Of a stretch of DNA of 58,207 nucleotides, positions 12,219-21,262 are shown piece after piece. The translations under genes were made by a program, and so were the position numbers. Below the pieces are notes generated by a model. That model saw only the letters and a program-made list of their open reading frames with translations, was not told where the DNA came from and made no database searches. The DNA comes from Verrucomicrobiota bacterium (GTDB lineage: Bacteria; Verrucomicrobiota; Verrucomicrobiia; Limisphaerales; CANJSG01): assembly GCA_038209745.1 (NCBI GenBank), contig JBBQXJ010000021.1, positions 1-58,207 on the forward strand. The letters run 5' to 3'. Within the stretch, counting starts at the first letter, position 1. Every line of letters begins with the position of its first letter.

Positions 12219-12720
12219 GGGCTGCGTTGCCGCGCAGCCCCAACATCCGGAGGAAACCAGCGCAGCGAAGTTTCCGGCCCCGCTTGGTCCTTTGACCGTT
12301 CGCCGTCGCGCTAGAACCGTGGACGGAATCCTTCCATCCATTGCCGACGCCTCCGATTCGGCGGATCAATGAATCCCGTTGGGATTCCGCCTCCTAGCCC
12401 AAGGTTGCGCGCCCCGCGCTATCTTGGGGAAAACCGCCCAATACGAACCAACCCCGAAACGGGGTTGCGGCCTCCCTGAAATCTAACACTGACACAACCC
12501 CGTTGGGGTAGCGACGACTTCGGACGCTGGAACCCCGGGGTGGGGGCTGCGCACCGACCCTGGGCTAAATGACGAAATCCCGTTGGGATTCGAGAATGGC
12601 CGCCGCTTCCGGCGGAGCTTTTGGAGCGCGGTGTTGCTGCACCGTTTTCGGGTAGCACGACCTGGAGCCGGAGTGCGACCAAAAGCGCCGGAGCACCGGC
12701 GCACTCCAAGACGCTTCGCG
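12219..12720. repeat. Cluster of REP-like palindromes (BIME-like mosaic)
   Basis: AATCCCGTTGGGATTC twice (12372, 12576), CCCAAGGTTGCGCG..CGCGCTATCTTGGG, CAACCCCGAAACGGGGTTG, GGGCTGCGTTGCCGCGCAGCCC and an inverted TTGGAGCGCGG..GCGCACTCCAA pair. Confidence 0.75.
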
Positions 12721-12786
12721 ATTACCGTGACGTTTCGTTCTGGGGCGGCAGATCCACAGGCCGCCCAATCCTGTTGGAATTCTCGA

Positions 12787-13200
12787 TCACCACATCTCGT
12801 CGGCGATCATCCGTATCCGCCCCAAAACGAGCAGCAGGAGGCAGCCAAAGGCGACCAGGGAAACTCCTCCGAAAATGCGGACAAACCGGTCCCGTGTTCT
12901 CAACGCCGACAGCGAGAACCCGAGACCGAACGCCACGCACACCATCGCCCCGAGATCGAGCTCGGCGTAGTAGCACTTGTAGAAGAATCCCAACAACTCC
13001 CGTGCCGAAGTGCGGGTTGACCAGAGGACCCACAGCGCGGCCATCGCCAATGTCGCAACGACGACCCAACGCGCTCGCACGGCCTCACTCATTCCGGTCC
13101 GGCGCCAAGTGAACGCTACGCCCATCAATCCACACACTGACGAGGCCCAGACGGCCCAGCCATTGGGATCCCAATCACGACAGGAGGTGGCGAGAAGCAT
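12787..13200 (-). CDS. Small integral membrane hypothetical protein
   Basis: About four hydrophobic segments in 137 aa, co-oriented downstream of recF. Confidence 0.45.
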   Translation of the reverse strand: MLLATSCRDWDPNGWAVWASSVCGLMGVAFTWRRTGMSEAVRARWVVVATLAMAALWVLWSTRTSARELLGFFYKCYYAELDLGAMVCVAFGLGFSLSALRTRDRFVRIFGGVSLVAFGCLLLLVLGRIRMIADEMW

Positions 13201-13252
13201 GAGATTGATTTCGTCGCAACATTGGAATCGGTCGCACGACGCCCAAGCGAGG

Positions 13253-14335
13253 TCAATTTACTGCCGCCTTCATCTCTCCCTTCTCGATCGTCCACCGCTG
13301 CATTTCCTGGCCGAGTTCGCGGGGCCAGTTTTCTTCGGTGCAGGTCATGAAGACCTGGCTGCGGGCGTGGTGGGCGCGTTCCAGGATCGGCAGGAAACCG
13401 GCGCGACGGCGGGCGTCGAGTTCGCCCATGACGTCGTCGATCAACAGCACGGGCGGCACCCCGTGGATGCCGGTGAGGAACTCGGCCTGGGCCATCTTCA
13501 ACGCGAGCGCGAGGGTCCGCTTCTGGCCTTCGCTGGCGAACTTCGCGGCGGGCTGTTCGTCGAGCAGCAGGGCGAGCTCGTCGCGGTGCGGGCCGATCAG
13601 CGTGGTGCGGTAGGCGAGTTCGCGCGGACGGGCGCGCATCAGCTCCAGGGCGAAGTCCTCACGGACGGACGGTTCATAGACGAGGCGCAGTTCCTCCGCG
13701 TCGTTCGAGATGCGGCGGTAGGCGAGCCGGGCGAGCGGCGAGATCTTGGGCAAAATCTCCCGGCGGAGGGCCACCAGCTTTTCGCCGGCTTCGATCACCT
13801 CTCTCGTGAAACTCTCCAGCGCGGCTTCATCGACCGGGCGGTGTTTCAGCAGGGCGTTGCGGGAGCGGACGGCGGCGGCGTAGCGCTGGAGGAGCGGGAG
13901 GTAGGTCGGGTTGGTCTGGGACAGGAGCAGGTCGAGGAAGCGGCGGCGCATCCGGGCGGTGCCTTTCACGAGCTGGAGATCCTCGGTGCAGAAGACGACC
14001 GCGCGCAGGGTGCCGAGGTAGTCGCCAAGGCGCTTGACCGGCTGGGCGTCGAGCGAGAGCTGGCGTTCGCTGGCGGACCAGTAGGCGCGGATTTCGCGCG
14101 TTCCCTGTCCGACGACCCGGGCGCCGACAAAATAGCCCTTCTGTCCGTGGCGGATCATCTGGGCGCCGCCCACGCCGCGGAAGGACCTGAGGGTCGCCAG
14201 GAGGTAGATGGCTTCGAGGATGTTGGTCTTGCCCTGGGCGTTGTCGCCGAGCAGGACGTGGAAGCCGGGCTGGAACTGGGCATCGAGCCGCGCGTAGTTG
14301 CGGAAGTCGCGGAGTCTCAGCTGGGCCAGATGCAC
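13253..14335 (-). CDS. recF: DNA replication/repair protein RecF
   Basis: FRNY, GDNAQGKTN Walker A, GPHRDEL, SEGQKR and LLIDDVMGELD motifs. Confidence 0.97.
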   Translation of the reverse strand: MHLAQLRLRDFRNYARLDAQFQPGFHVLLGDNAQGKTNILEAIYLLATLRSFRGVGGAQMIRHGQKGYFVGARVVGQGTREIRAYWSASERQLSLDAQPVKRLGDYLGTLRAVVFCTEDLQLVKGTARMRRRFLDLLLSQTNPTYLPLLQRYAAAVRSRNALLKHRPVDEAALESFTREVIEAGEKLVALRREILPKISPLARLAYRRISNDAEELRLVYEPSVREDFALELMRARPRELAYRTTLIGPHRDELALLLDEQPAAKFASEGQKRTLALALKMAQAEFLTGIHGVPPVLLIDDVMGELDARRRAGFLPILERAHHARSQVFMTCTEENWPRELGQEMQRWTIEKGEMKAAVN

Positions 14336-14427
14336 CGCCTTCGTTTAGGGCATGGCGTAGGCGGGTGCAATGGAGCGTCGCGTCATCGCAAGTCAGCCCA
14401 GGAGCAACGGACCAATCCACCCACCCC

Positions 14428-16899
14428 TCACGGCGAGGTGACCTGGACCCGAAGGAACCGGGTTGCCGTCGTTCCCAACGGATCGGTCGTCCGCAGGGTG
14501 ATCTTCTCGTTCGGGGATCCAGCCCGGGATATCTCCATCGCCTCCGGACTCATGACGACATTGGTTCCCGCGTAGCTCGCGATCTCGCTCCACAATATCA
14601 GATCGGCGGAGGCCTGAACGCGGTAGGTGACGCCCGGTTCGGCGGGACGGCGGACGAAGGAGATCTGGGAGAAGTTCGTCCCCAGACTGGCGGCCAGAGC
14701 GGGTTGGACGGCGGAGTTGGTCTTCCAATAGTTCAACAAAGTAATCAGCGCGGCCGGAGTATTCGTCGGCGCGAGATGTCCGGCCTGGTCCTTGGTGTTC
14801 ACGCCGTGGCAACTGGCGCAGGTGCGGATTTCGCCGGGCTGGAAGGTCAACCAATAACGCTCGCGGACGACACCCGTGTTGTTCGTGTCGGTGAGCTGCC
14901 ACGAGAGAGCGCGTCGTGCCGGGACGATGGCCGCCATGGAACCGTCGGGGCCGAGCTGCACGCTGGCGAGCGGGGCGTTGGTGTGGGTGCCGTTGTCCAC
15001 GGCGGCATCGTGCAGGTGCTGCGCAATCACGCGGCGGCCGGCGCGGGGGGTGGCCGCGTTGCCGTAGTTGAGACTGCGGAGGAGATCGGCCTGGAAGACC
15101 TGGAGCCACGCCACATCGTAGATCTTGCCGCTGGCGCCGATGGTCTGATGACCGCTGGAAGGGATGCGGAGATTGAAGGGCTGCAGTCGATCGGCCTTGT
15201 CCCGCGTAGTGACGTCGCGGCTGACGATCAGGGCGAGCTGATGGGTACGCAGATAGTCCTGGAACCCTTCCACTTCCACGTTCGCCGCCGAGAAGGCCGC
15301 AAGCTCCGGGGCCGCCAGCGGTGCTTGCAATCGGGCCGGCCGAGCGCGGGCGACAACCTCCACGGGATCCAGTTCCCACAGCCCGTTCGTCTGGGTCACG
15401 AGCGTGTCGGGATTCCAGTAGATGGCACGGTTCGTCAAACCGGCCGTCAGCGGTGAAGCCGGCGCGTAGAAGCCGTTGGTGAGCTGGAGAAACTTCAGCC
15501 GAAAGTCATACTTCGAACTGGGAAACGCGGTCGTGCCTCCACCCGACTCATACAGGGCATACGCGGTGTGGGCGGCGATCAAATAGCCATCCGTCGTCCT
15601 CAACGGATTCCGATAAAGACCGGTGTGGTCGGGCGGAATGGTGGCTGGACTCGAAGCGAAAGAGTGGGTCGAGCGTGGCGTCAGATAGCTGATCCGCATC
15701 TGGGATCCATTGAGGTTGGTGCCGCCGGTGAGCGATACGATCTGCCCGGACGCGTGGGTGCCGAACTCCGGGGCGTCGATCCCGTAGAACAGGCCGGGGA
15801 CGGACGGGTCTTCGCGCATGTCGAGGAAGTTGCCGACGGTGTTCGTGTTGTAGTTCCCGCCGAAGTAGTAGAGGTCCTGGATGTTCGGATCGTTGTCGAA
15901 CGCGGCGCGGGCGTAGCTGCCTCCGAGCTCGTGCCGGCCCACATGGTTCAAGGTCTCCTCCTCTTCGCCGTCCTCGTGGATCTGCCAGGGGAAAAATTGA
16001 TTGAAGGTGTGGCCGACGAGTCCGGTGCCCGCGAGCAGATCCTTCCGACCGCTGCGCGGCTCGGGGAAGACTTCCGTCTGGTTGGTCGTGGTCACGGAAG
16101 CGGCTGATTCGTCGCTCCAGTTGAAGGTGCCGTAGGTGGGGGAGGCGCTGCCGGCATCGGTATCCGCCTGCTGATCACGCTGCAGGTGGTCCCAACGGAC
16201 GAAGACGACGCGACCGGCGCTGTCGATGCTCGGAGAGAACGCGCCGCTGGGCGTGTGGGTCAGCAGGAAAAGATCGCCATTCTTCGGGTCCAAGCTCCAG
16301 AGCCCGGTGACGGTGGGCGCCTCCTCGTATTCGTCGAGCTGCGGGTAGAGATGCCGCTGGCCGTCGCGCGGACGGTCGCTGGTGAAGATGATCCGTTCGT
16401 CCGTGCCGTAGACGGGGGAGACGTTGTTGTAGTTCGTGGGCTGGTTGGAGACCTTGGTGACGATCGGAGTGGCGGCGGGATCGGTGAAGTGGGTGATCTC
16501 GTAGAGCTGCCAGTAGTTCACCGTCGCGTAGTCGTATTGTTTCTTCGGTGCGCCGACGGCCATGCTGAAGACCGCCTTGTCCCCGCTCCAATGGACGCCC
16601 GGCTGACGAACGGCGATGCCGTTGGTGTGCTGCGGACCGAAGGCGCCGAAGCCGGCGGCGCGGGTGAGATTCTTCACCGTGCCATCGGGATAGCGGATGT
16701 AGAGATCGCCCCCGCGCCCACAGGAATCGAGGTTCGCGCGGTGGTTTCCGAACACCGATCCGATGGTCGTGAAGTCCGCCGAGATCGGCACCTGGGTAAC
16801 GAAGAGAATCGAATTGGTCGGGCCCGACTGCGCACTCGCGCCGATCGTGCCGGCGAGAAGCGTCAGGATCGAAAGAGAGGCCGCGAGGTTCAGTTTCAT
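14428..16899 (-). CDS. Secreted hydrazine synthase alpha-subunit-like propeller protein with one heme c motif (paralog 1)
   Basis: Signal peptide, TolB-like PGVHWSGDKAVFSM and IIFTSDRP, DGSMAAIVPARR, TFQPGEIRTCASCHG. Confidence 0.8.
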   Translation of the reverse strand: MKLNLAASLSILTLLAGTIGASAQSGPTNSILFVTQVPISADFTTIGSVFGNHRANLDSCGRGGDLYIRYPDGTVKNLTRAAGFGAFGPQHTNGIAVRQPGVHWSGDKAVFSMAVGAPKKQYDYATVNYWQLYEITHFTDPAATPIVTKVSNQPTNYNNVSPVYGTDERIIFTSDRPRDGQRHLYPQLDEYEEAPTVTGLWSLDPKNGDLFLLTHTPSGAFSPSIDSAGRVVFVRWDHLQRDQQADTDAGSASPTYGTFNWSDESAASVTTTNQTEVFPEPRSGRKDLLAGTGLVGHTFNQFFPWQIHEDGEEEETLNHVGRHELGGSYARAAFDNDPNIQDLYYFGGNYNTNTVGNFLDMREDPSVPGLFYGIDAPEFGTHASGQIVSLTGGTNLNGSQMRISYLTPRSTHSFASSPATIPPDHTGLYRNPLRTTDGYLIAAHTAYALYESGGGTTAFPSSKYDFRLKFLQLTNGFYAPASPLTAGLTNRAIYWNPDTLVTQTNGLWELDPVEVVARARPARLQAPLAAPELAAFSAANVEVEGFQDYLRTHQLALIVSRDVTTRDKADRLQPFNLRIPSSGHQTIGASGKIYDVAWLQVFQADLLRSLNYGNAATPRAGRRVIAQHLHDAAVDNGTHTNAPLASVQLGPDGSMAAIVPARRALSWQLTDTNNTGVVRERYWLTFQPGEIRTCASCHGVNTKDQAGHLAPTNTPAALITLLNYWKTNSAVQPALAASLGTNFSQISFVRRPAEPGVTYRVQASADLILWSEIASYAGTNVVMSPEAMEISRAGSPNEKITLRTTDPLGTTATRFLRVQVTSP

Positions 16900-16941
16900 G
16901 GAAGGAAGATGGATCCAAAAATGGAAGCTTGGTGCCGGTGA

Positions 16942-19626
16942 CTACGGTGAACGGACGCGGAAAAACTGCAGGGGAGGCGAGGCGGCGGCCGCGTTAGTGA
17001 ACTGGAGCAACCCGAGCCCGTCGGCCAGGTTCGTCGCGAGATCGGTCCAGGTCGAGAGATCGACGGAGCCCTGGAGAACCCACGGCTGATCGGCCAGCGC
17101 GGCGCAGACCAGCTTGAGGTTGGACGGATCGATCCACTGTGTTCCGGAGATCACGGGCGAAGCCAGGTCCGCGTAGTTCGCGGTGACCGTCGCGCTGTTC
17201 GTCGGCATGATGAACGAGACCGTCGGGGACACGACGTTGCCGATGCCCGGACCGGACCACTTGACAAAGACCTTTCCCGCCGGGGCCGGTGCGGCCGTGA
17301 GCATGACCCGACTGCCGGCACCGAAGCTCCCGCCGCCCGTGCCGTTGCTGACGGTCAGGCTCAGGGCGTTGGCGGAGTTGGTGCGCCAGAATCGGAGCAG
17401 CTCACGCAGAGCCTGCGGGGCGTTCGCGGGCTTCGGCTGACCCGCCTGGTCGGCGGCGTTGATGCCGTGGCAATTCGCGCAGGTGCGCACTTCACCGGGC
17501 CGGAAGGTGAGCCAATACCGCTCCTTGACCACGCTGTCGTTGTGGTTCGTTCCGGTCAGCTGCCAAGTGACCGCGCGGCCGGCCGGAACAAACGTGGCCT
17601 GCGATCCGTCGGCCATGATTTCGGTGCCGCCGACCGGTGCGTTGGGCTGGCGGCTCCGGTAGTTGAACGCCGCCGCGTCGTGCATCGGCTCCGGCAACAC
17701 GCGTCGGCCGGGCTGCACCGTGCCCGTGCCGTAGTCGTAGCCCCGGAGGTAGTCCGCCTGGAGAAACTGGAGATGGGTGACGCCATAGACCTTGCCGGTG
17801 GTGCCGAGGGAGCTCGCCCCGCCGGGCACGGCAAGATTGAACGGCTGCTGTTTGTCGGCCGCGTCGCGCGAAGTCACATTGCGGCTGATCACCAGCGCCA
17901 AACCCCGCGCGGAGAGGTCGGCCTGGAAGGTGGGCAGGTCCACGTTCTCCTCGGTGAACACCCGGCTCTCGATCGGATCCACCCCGGTGTGGACCGGCGT
18001 CGGCACCGGACGGGCGCGGACTTCGACCGGCTGCAGTTCCCAAAGCGGCCCCGCGTTGGTCACGAGCGTGGCTCCGTCCCAATAGATGGAAACGTTCGTC
18101 AGACCCGCGGTCAGGAACTGGTTCGTGGTCCAGAGCGCGCCGGACTTCGCGAGGGTCATCAGCCGGAAGCGATACCGGGACAGCGGCGCGGAGGCCGTGC
18201 CAATGTTGGTGTCGAAGCCGAAGTTCATCGAGGTGGGCGTGGGAGTGAACGCGGCGATCAACGCACCGTCGGACATCGGCAACGGATTGCGGAAGACCCC
18301 GAGCGCATTGGGGCCGTTCGCACCGTTCTTCGGCGTGATGTAGTTGATCACCATTCCGGTTGGATTCAGCCCGGCGCCTCCCGTGAGCGTCAGGATCTGT
18401 CCACCGGAATGGGTGCCGCCGAAGATGGAGATGTCCTGCGCGTCGACGCCCCAGTAGAGGCCGTTCGTGCGCGGATCCTCGGTGATCTGGAGGAAGGCGT
18501 TCAGGAAGTTCGTGTTCGCCGTGGCGATGCCGTAGCTCGGCCGGGCGGCGTAGTTGGTGAACGAGACGAGGGAGCTGTCGTTCTTGAAGGACTGCACCAT
18601 GGAGGGCGACAGCTCGTGGCGGCCGACATGGTTCAGTATCTCTTCGTTGCCGCCGGTTTCATCCAGCTCCCAGGGAAGGAAGAGGTTGAAGTCGTTTCCG
18701 TTCACACCGAGCAGGGCCAGGGCGTTCGTGTCGAACTTGCGCGGCTCGGGAAAAGTGTCGGTGACCGGGCCGGACTGGATCGCGGAGTTGGCGGCTTCGC
18801 TCAGGAAGTTCAACGATCCGTTCGTGGCGCGGCCGATCCGGTCGTTGACGGCGTTCGGATCCTGCGAGAGGTGGTCCCAGCGCGTGACGATCAGCCGGCC
18901 ATAGCTGTCGACGAACGGATTGAAGCCGCCGCTGGGCAGATGCTGGAGCAGGCGCAGATCGCCGGTGGTCGGATCGAGGCTGTAGGTGCCGGTGACGGTG
19001 GGGGCTCCTTTGTATTCGTCCAGTTGCGGATAGAGCCATGGCTGGTTGTTGAACGGCCGGTCGCTCATGAAGACCACCCGGTCGTCCGTGGCGTAGCACG
19101 GCGTGACGTTGTTGAAGTTCGTCGGCTGGTTCGCGACAGGCACGATCACCGGCAGGGTGTTCGTGTCGGCGATGACGGCGTCGAGGTTGGTGAGCTCATG
19201 CAGCTGCCAGAAGAGCCGGGTCGTATCCGCGGCGTTCGTCGGCGATCCGACGACCATGCTGAACAGCACCTTCTTTCCGCTCCAATGAATGGCCGGATCC
19301 CGCACGTCGATGCCTGCGCCGTGCTGGACGCCACCGGCTCCGAACCCGCCCCGTCGCGTGAGATTCACGAGACCGCCGTTCGTCGTCATCAGCCAGAGAT
19401 CGCCCCCGCGCCCGGCATGCGCCGTGTCGGACTGCTGGTTGCCGAACAGGGTGACGACGGAGAGAAACGTGTTGGAGACGGAGCTGTTCAGCTCGCGCGG
19501 AATGGGCGGCTGGGTGACGAAGACCACCGGGTTGCCCAGCGCGACGGGGGCCGCCGTGACTGGATCCATCAGGGACAATCCCACGACGAAAAGGCCGGCC
19601 AAGACCGAACGCAACGGGTTGCTCAC
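16942..19626 (-). CDS. Secreted hydrazine synthase alpha-subunit-like protein with one heme c motif (paralog 2)
   Basis: Colinear with the neighbouring gene (LYPQLDEY, ILNHVGRHEL, TFRPGEVRTCANCHG), with an extra InlB-B-like repeat near the C-terminus. Confidence 0.8.
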   Translation of the reverse strand: MSNPLRSVLAGLFVVGLSLMDPVTAAPVALGNPVVFVTQPPIPRELNSSVSNTFLSVVTLFGNQQSDTAHAGRGGDLWLMTTNGGLVNLTRRGGFGAGGVQHGAGIDVRDPAIHWSGKKVLFSMVVGSPTNAADTTRLFWQLHELTNLDAVIADTNTLPVIVPVANQPTNFNNVTPCYATDDRVVFMSDRPFNNQPWLYPQLDEYKGAPTVTGTYSLDPTTGDLRLLQHLPSGGFNPFVDSYGRLIVTRWDHLSQDPNAVNDRIGRATNGSLNFLSEAANSAIQSGPVTDTFPEPRKFDTNALALLGVNGNDFNLFLPWELDETGGNEEILNHVGRHELSPSMVQSFKNDSSLVSFTNYAARPSYGIATANTNFLNAFLQITEDPRTNGLYWGVDAQDISIFGGTHSGGQILTLTGGAGLNPTGMVINYITPKNGANGPNALGVFRNPLPMSDGALIAAFTPTPTSMNFGFDTNIGTASAPLSRYRFRLMTLAKSGALWTTNQFLTAGLTNVSIYWDGATLVTNAGPLWELQPVEVRARPVPTPVHTGVDPIESRVFTEENVDLPTFQADLSARGLALVISRNVTSRDAADKQQPFNLAVPGGASSLGTTGKVYGVTHLQFLQADYLRGYDYGTGTVQPGRRVLPEPMHDAAAFNYRSRQPNAPVGGTEIMADGSQATFVPAGRAVTWQLTGTNHNDSVVKERYWLTFRPGEVRTCANCHGINAADQAGQPKPANAPQALRELLRFWRTNSANALSLTVSNGTGGGSFGAGSRVMLTAAPAPAGKVFVKWSGPGIGNVVSPTVSFIMPTNSATVTANYADLASPVISGTQWIDPSNLKLVCAALADQPWVLQGSVDLSTWTDLATNLADGLGLLQFTNAAAASPPLQFFRVRSP

Positions 19627-19786
19627 GAAGAGAACAAGGCATTCGGCATGCCATTCTCAAGGAGCTGCATGCCGTAGGAGTGAGGATCAAGACCCCGGCC
19701 AGCCGCCGGTTGTGCGCGGGTCTACCGGATTAGAACTCGGCCTTTTCCCTGAAGGCGCGACCGACTCGCGCCGATAGCCCAGGAGC

Positions 19787-21262
19787 ATGGCTCTTCAGAG
19801 CACTATTCTCATTGTCGACGACGAACCCCGCGGCCGGGAAACGCTGGAGGCGCTGTTGATCCCCCTCGGGCACCGCCTCGAGTTCGCCGGATCGGGCGCC
19901 CAATCGCTGGAACAGGCGAAGGCGATCCAGCCGGACCTCATCCTGCTCGACGTGATGATGCCGGACATGGACGGGTTCGAGGTCTGCCGCCGGTTGCGGC
20001 TGGATCCGGACCTGGCGGAGGTGCCGGTGTTTCTCGTCACGGCGCTCGACGACAAGGATTCCAAGGTCAAGGGACTGGAGTCGGGCGCCGACGACTTCGT
20101 CAGCAAACCCTATGACCGGATCGAGCTGCGCGCGCGGGTCAAGACCGTGCTGCGCCTCAACCGCTATCGGCGGCTGGTCTCGGAGCGCCGCCGTTTCTCG
20201 AACATCGCCGAGCAGTCGCCGGAGGGGTTCCTCGTGGTGAACCCGAAGGGCGACATCCAATACGCGAACCGGCAGGCGAGGCTTTTCCTCGGGATTCCGG
20301 CGGACATTCCGAACGCGGACTGCGGCTCGTTCGCCCGCTGGGCCGACCGCCACTACCAGCGGAAGCCGGAGGGAACCTGGTCGGATTGGAACGATCCGAG
20401 GCTGACCATGGGGACGGCGCGCTATCTGGTGCGGCCCGCGGCGGAGTCGTCCGAAGCGTGCTGGTTGCGGGTGGAGCGGCTGGACGGCGATCTGATCGAG
20501 GGCGAACTGGTGCATCTGCGCGACGTGACGAAGGAGATCGAGGCCTCGGGGCAGATCCTCCAGTTCCAGAGCGTCGTGTCCCGCAAGCTGCGGAATCCCG
20601 TGGCCAGTCTGATCGGCTGTCTGGAAGTGGCGCTGGCGGACCTGCCGGCGGGGACCGATTCTGACCTGGCGGAGCTGTTGAAGCTGGGCTTCGAAAACGC
20701 CAAGCGACTGGAGAGCGACGTCACGGACATCCTCAACTACATCGACGCCCAACGGAAGCCGGGCCCGCGGCGCAGCTTCCGCCTCGGCGATCTGGAGGCC
20801 AAGGTCCAGCAGATCCTCGAAGAGATGTCCATGACCCCGGCTTCGGTGAGGGTCGATCCAATCCTGACGGAGGCCCGGATCCGTCTTTCCGCGGACAGCT
20901 TGGCCACGGTCCTCCGGGAGCTGCTGGAGAATTCGCGCAATTTCCACCCGTCGAGGACGCCGTCGCTCGGGATCACGGCCGGTCCCGGGAGCGACGGAAA
21001 GATCGTGCTCCGGGTCGCGGACGACGGGGTGACCCTCTCTCCCTCCCAGCTGGCCCACGCCTGGGCGCCCTACTACCAGGGGAACAAGTTCTCCGACGAG
21101 GAAGTCGGCATGGGGCTGGGTCTCGCGACCGTCGCCGCCATCGTGTGGAACGTCGGGGGAAACTGCCGCCTGCTCAACCGCGATCCCGGACCCGGGGTCA
21201 TCTGCGAGATCGTCCTGCCGCTCCAGAGCCATGGAATACACGCCCAAGATTCTGATCGTTGA
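19787..21262 (+). CDS. Receiver-PAS-histidine-kinase-like protein with degenerate H-box
   Basis: REC domain (ILIVDD, LLDVMMP, KP), PAS and HATPase (ELLENS, DDG, GMGLGL). The H-box reads SRKLRNP. Confidence 0.88.
   Translation: MALQSTILIVDDEPRGRETLEALLIPLGHRLEFAGSGAQSLEQAKAIQPDLILLDVMMPDMDGFEVCRRLRLDPDLAEVPVFLVTALDDKDSKVKGLESGADDFVSKPYDRIELRARVKTVLRLNRYRRLVSERRRFSNIAEQSPEGFLVVNPKGDIQYANRQARLFLGIPADIPNADCGSFARWADRHYQRKPEGTWSDWNDPRLTMGTARYLVRPAAESSEACWLRVERLDGDLIEGELVHLRDVTKEIEASGQILQFQSVVSRKLRNPVASLIGCLEVALADLPAGTDSDLAELLKLGFENAKRLESDVTDILNYIDAQRKPGPRRSFRLGDLEAKVQQILEEMSMTPASVRVDPILTEARIRLSADSLATVLRELLENSRNFHPSRTPSLGITAGPGSDGKIVLRVADDGVTLSPSQLAHAWAPYYQGNKFSDEEVGMGLGLATVAAIVWNVGGNCRLLNRDPGPGVICEIVLPLQSHGIHAQDSDR

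Noticed and set aside
12372..12591. Possible mini CRISPR array from the repeated 16-mer
   Set aside because: Only two copies 204 bp apart, a palindromic interior and no cas genes; it fits REP elements better.
14428..19626. Evidence for anammox metabolism
   Set aside because: Only alpha-like domains with one CxxCH each; no hzsB/C or other anammox genes in the window.
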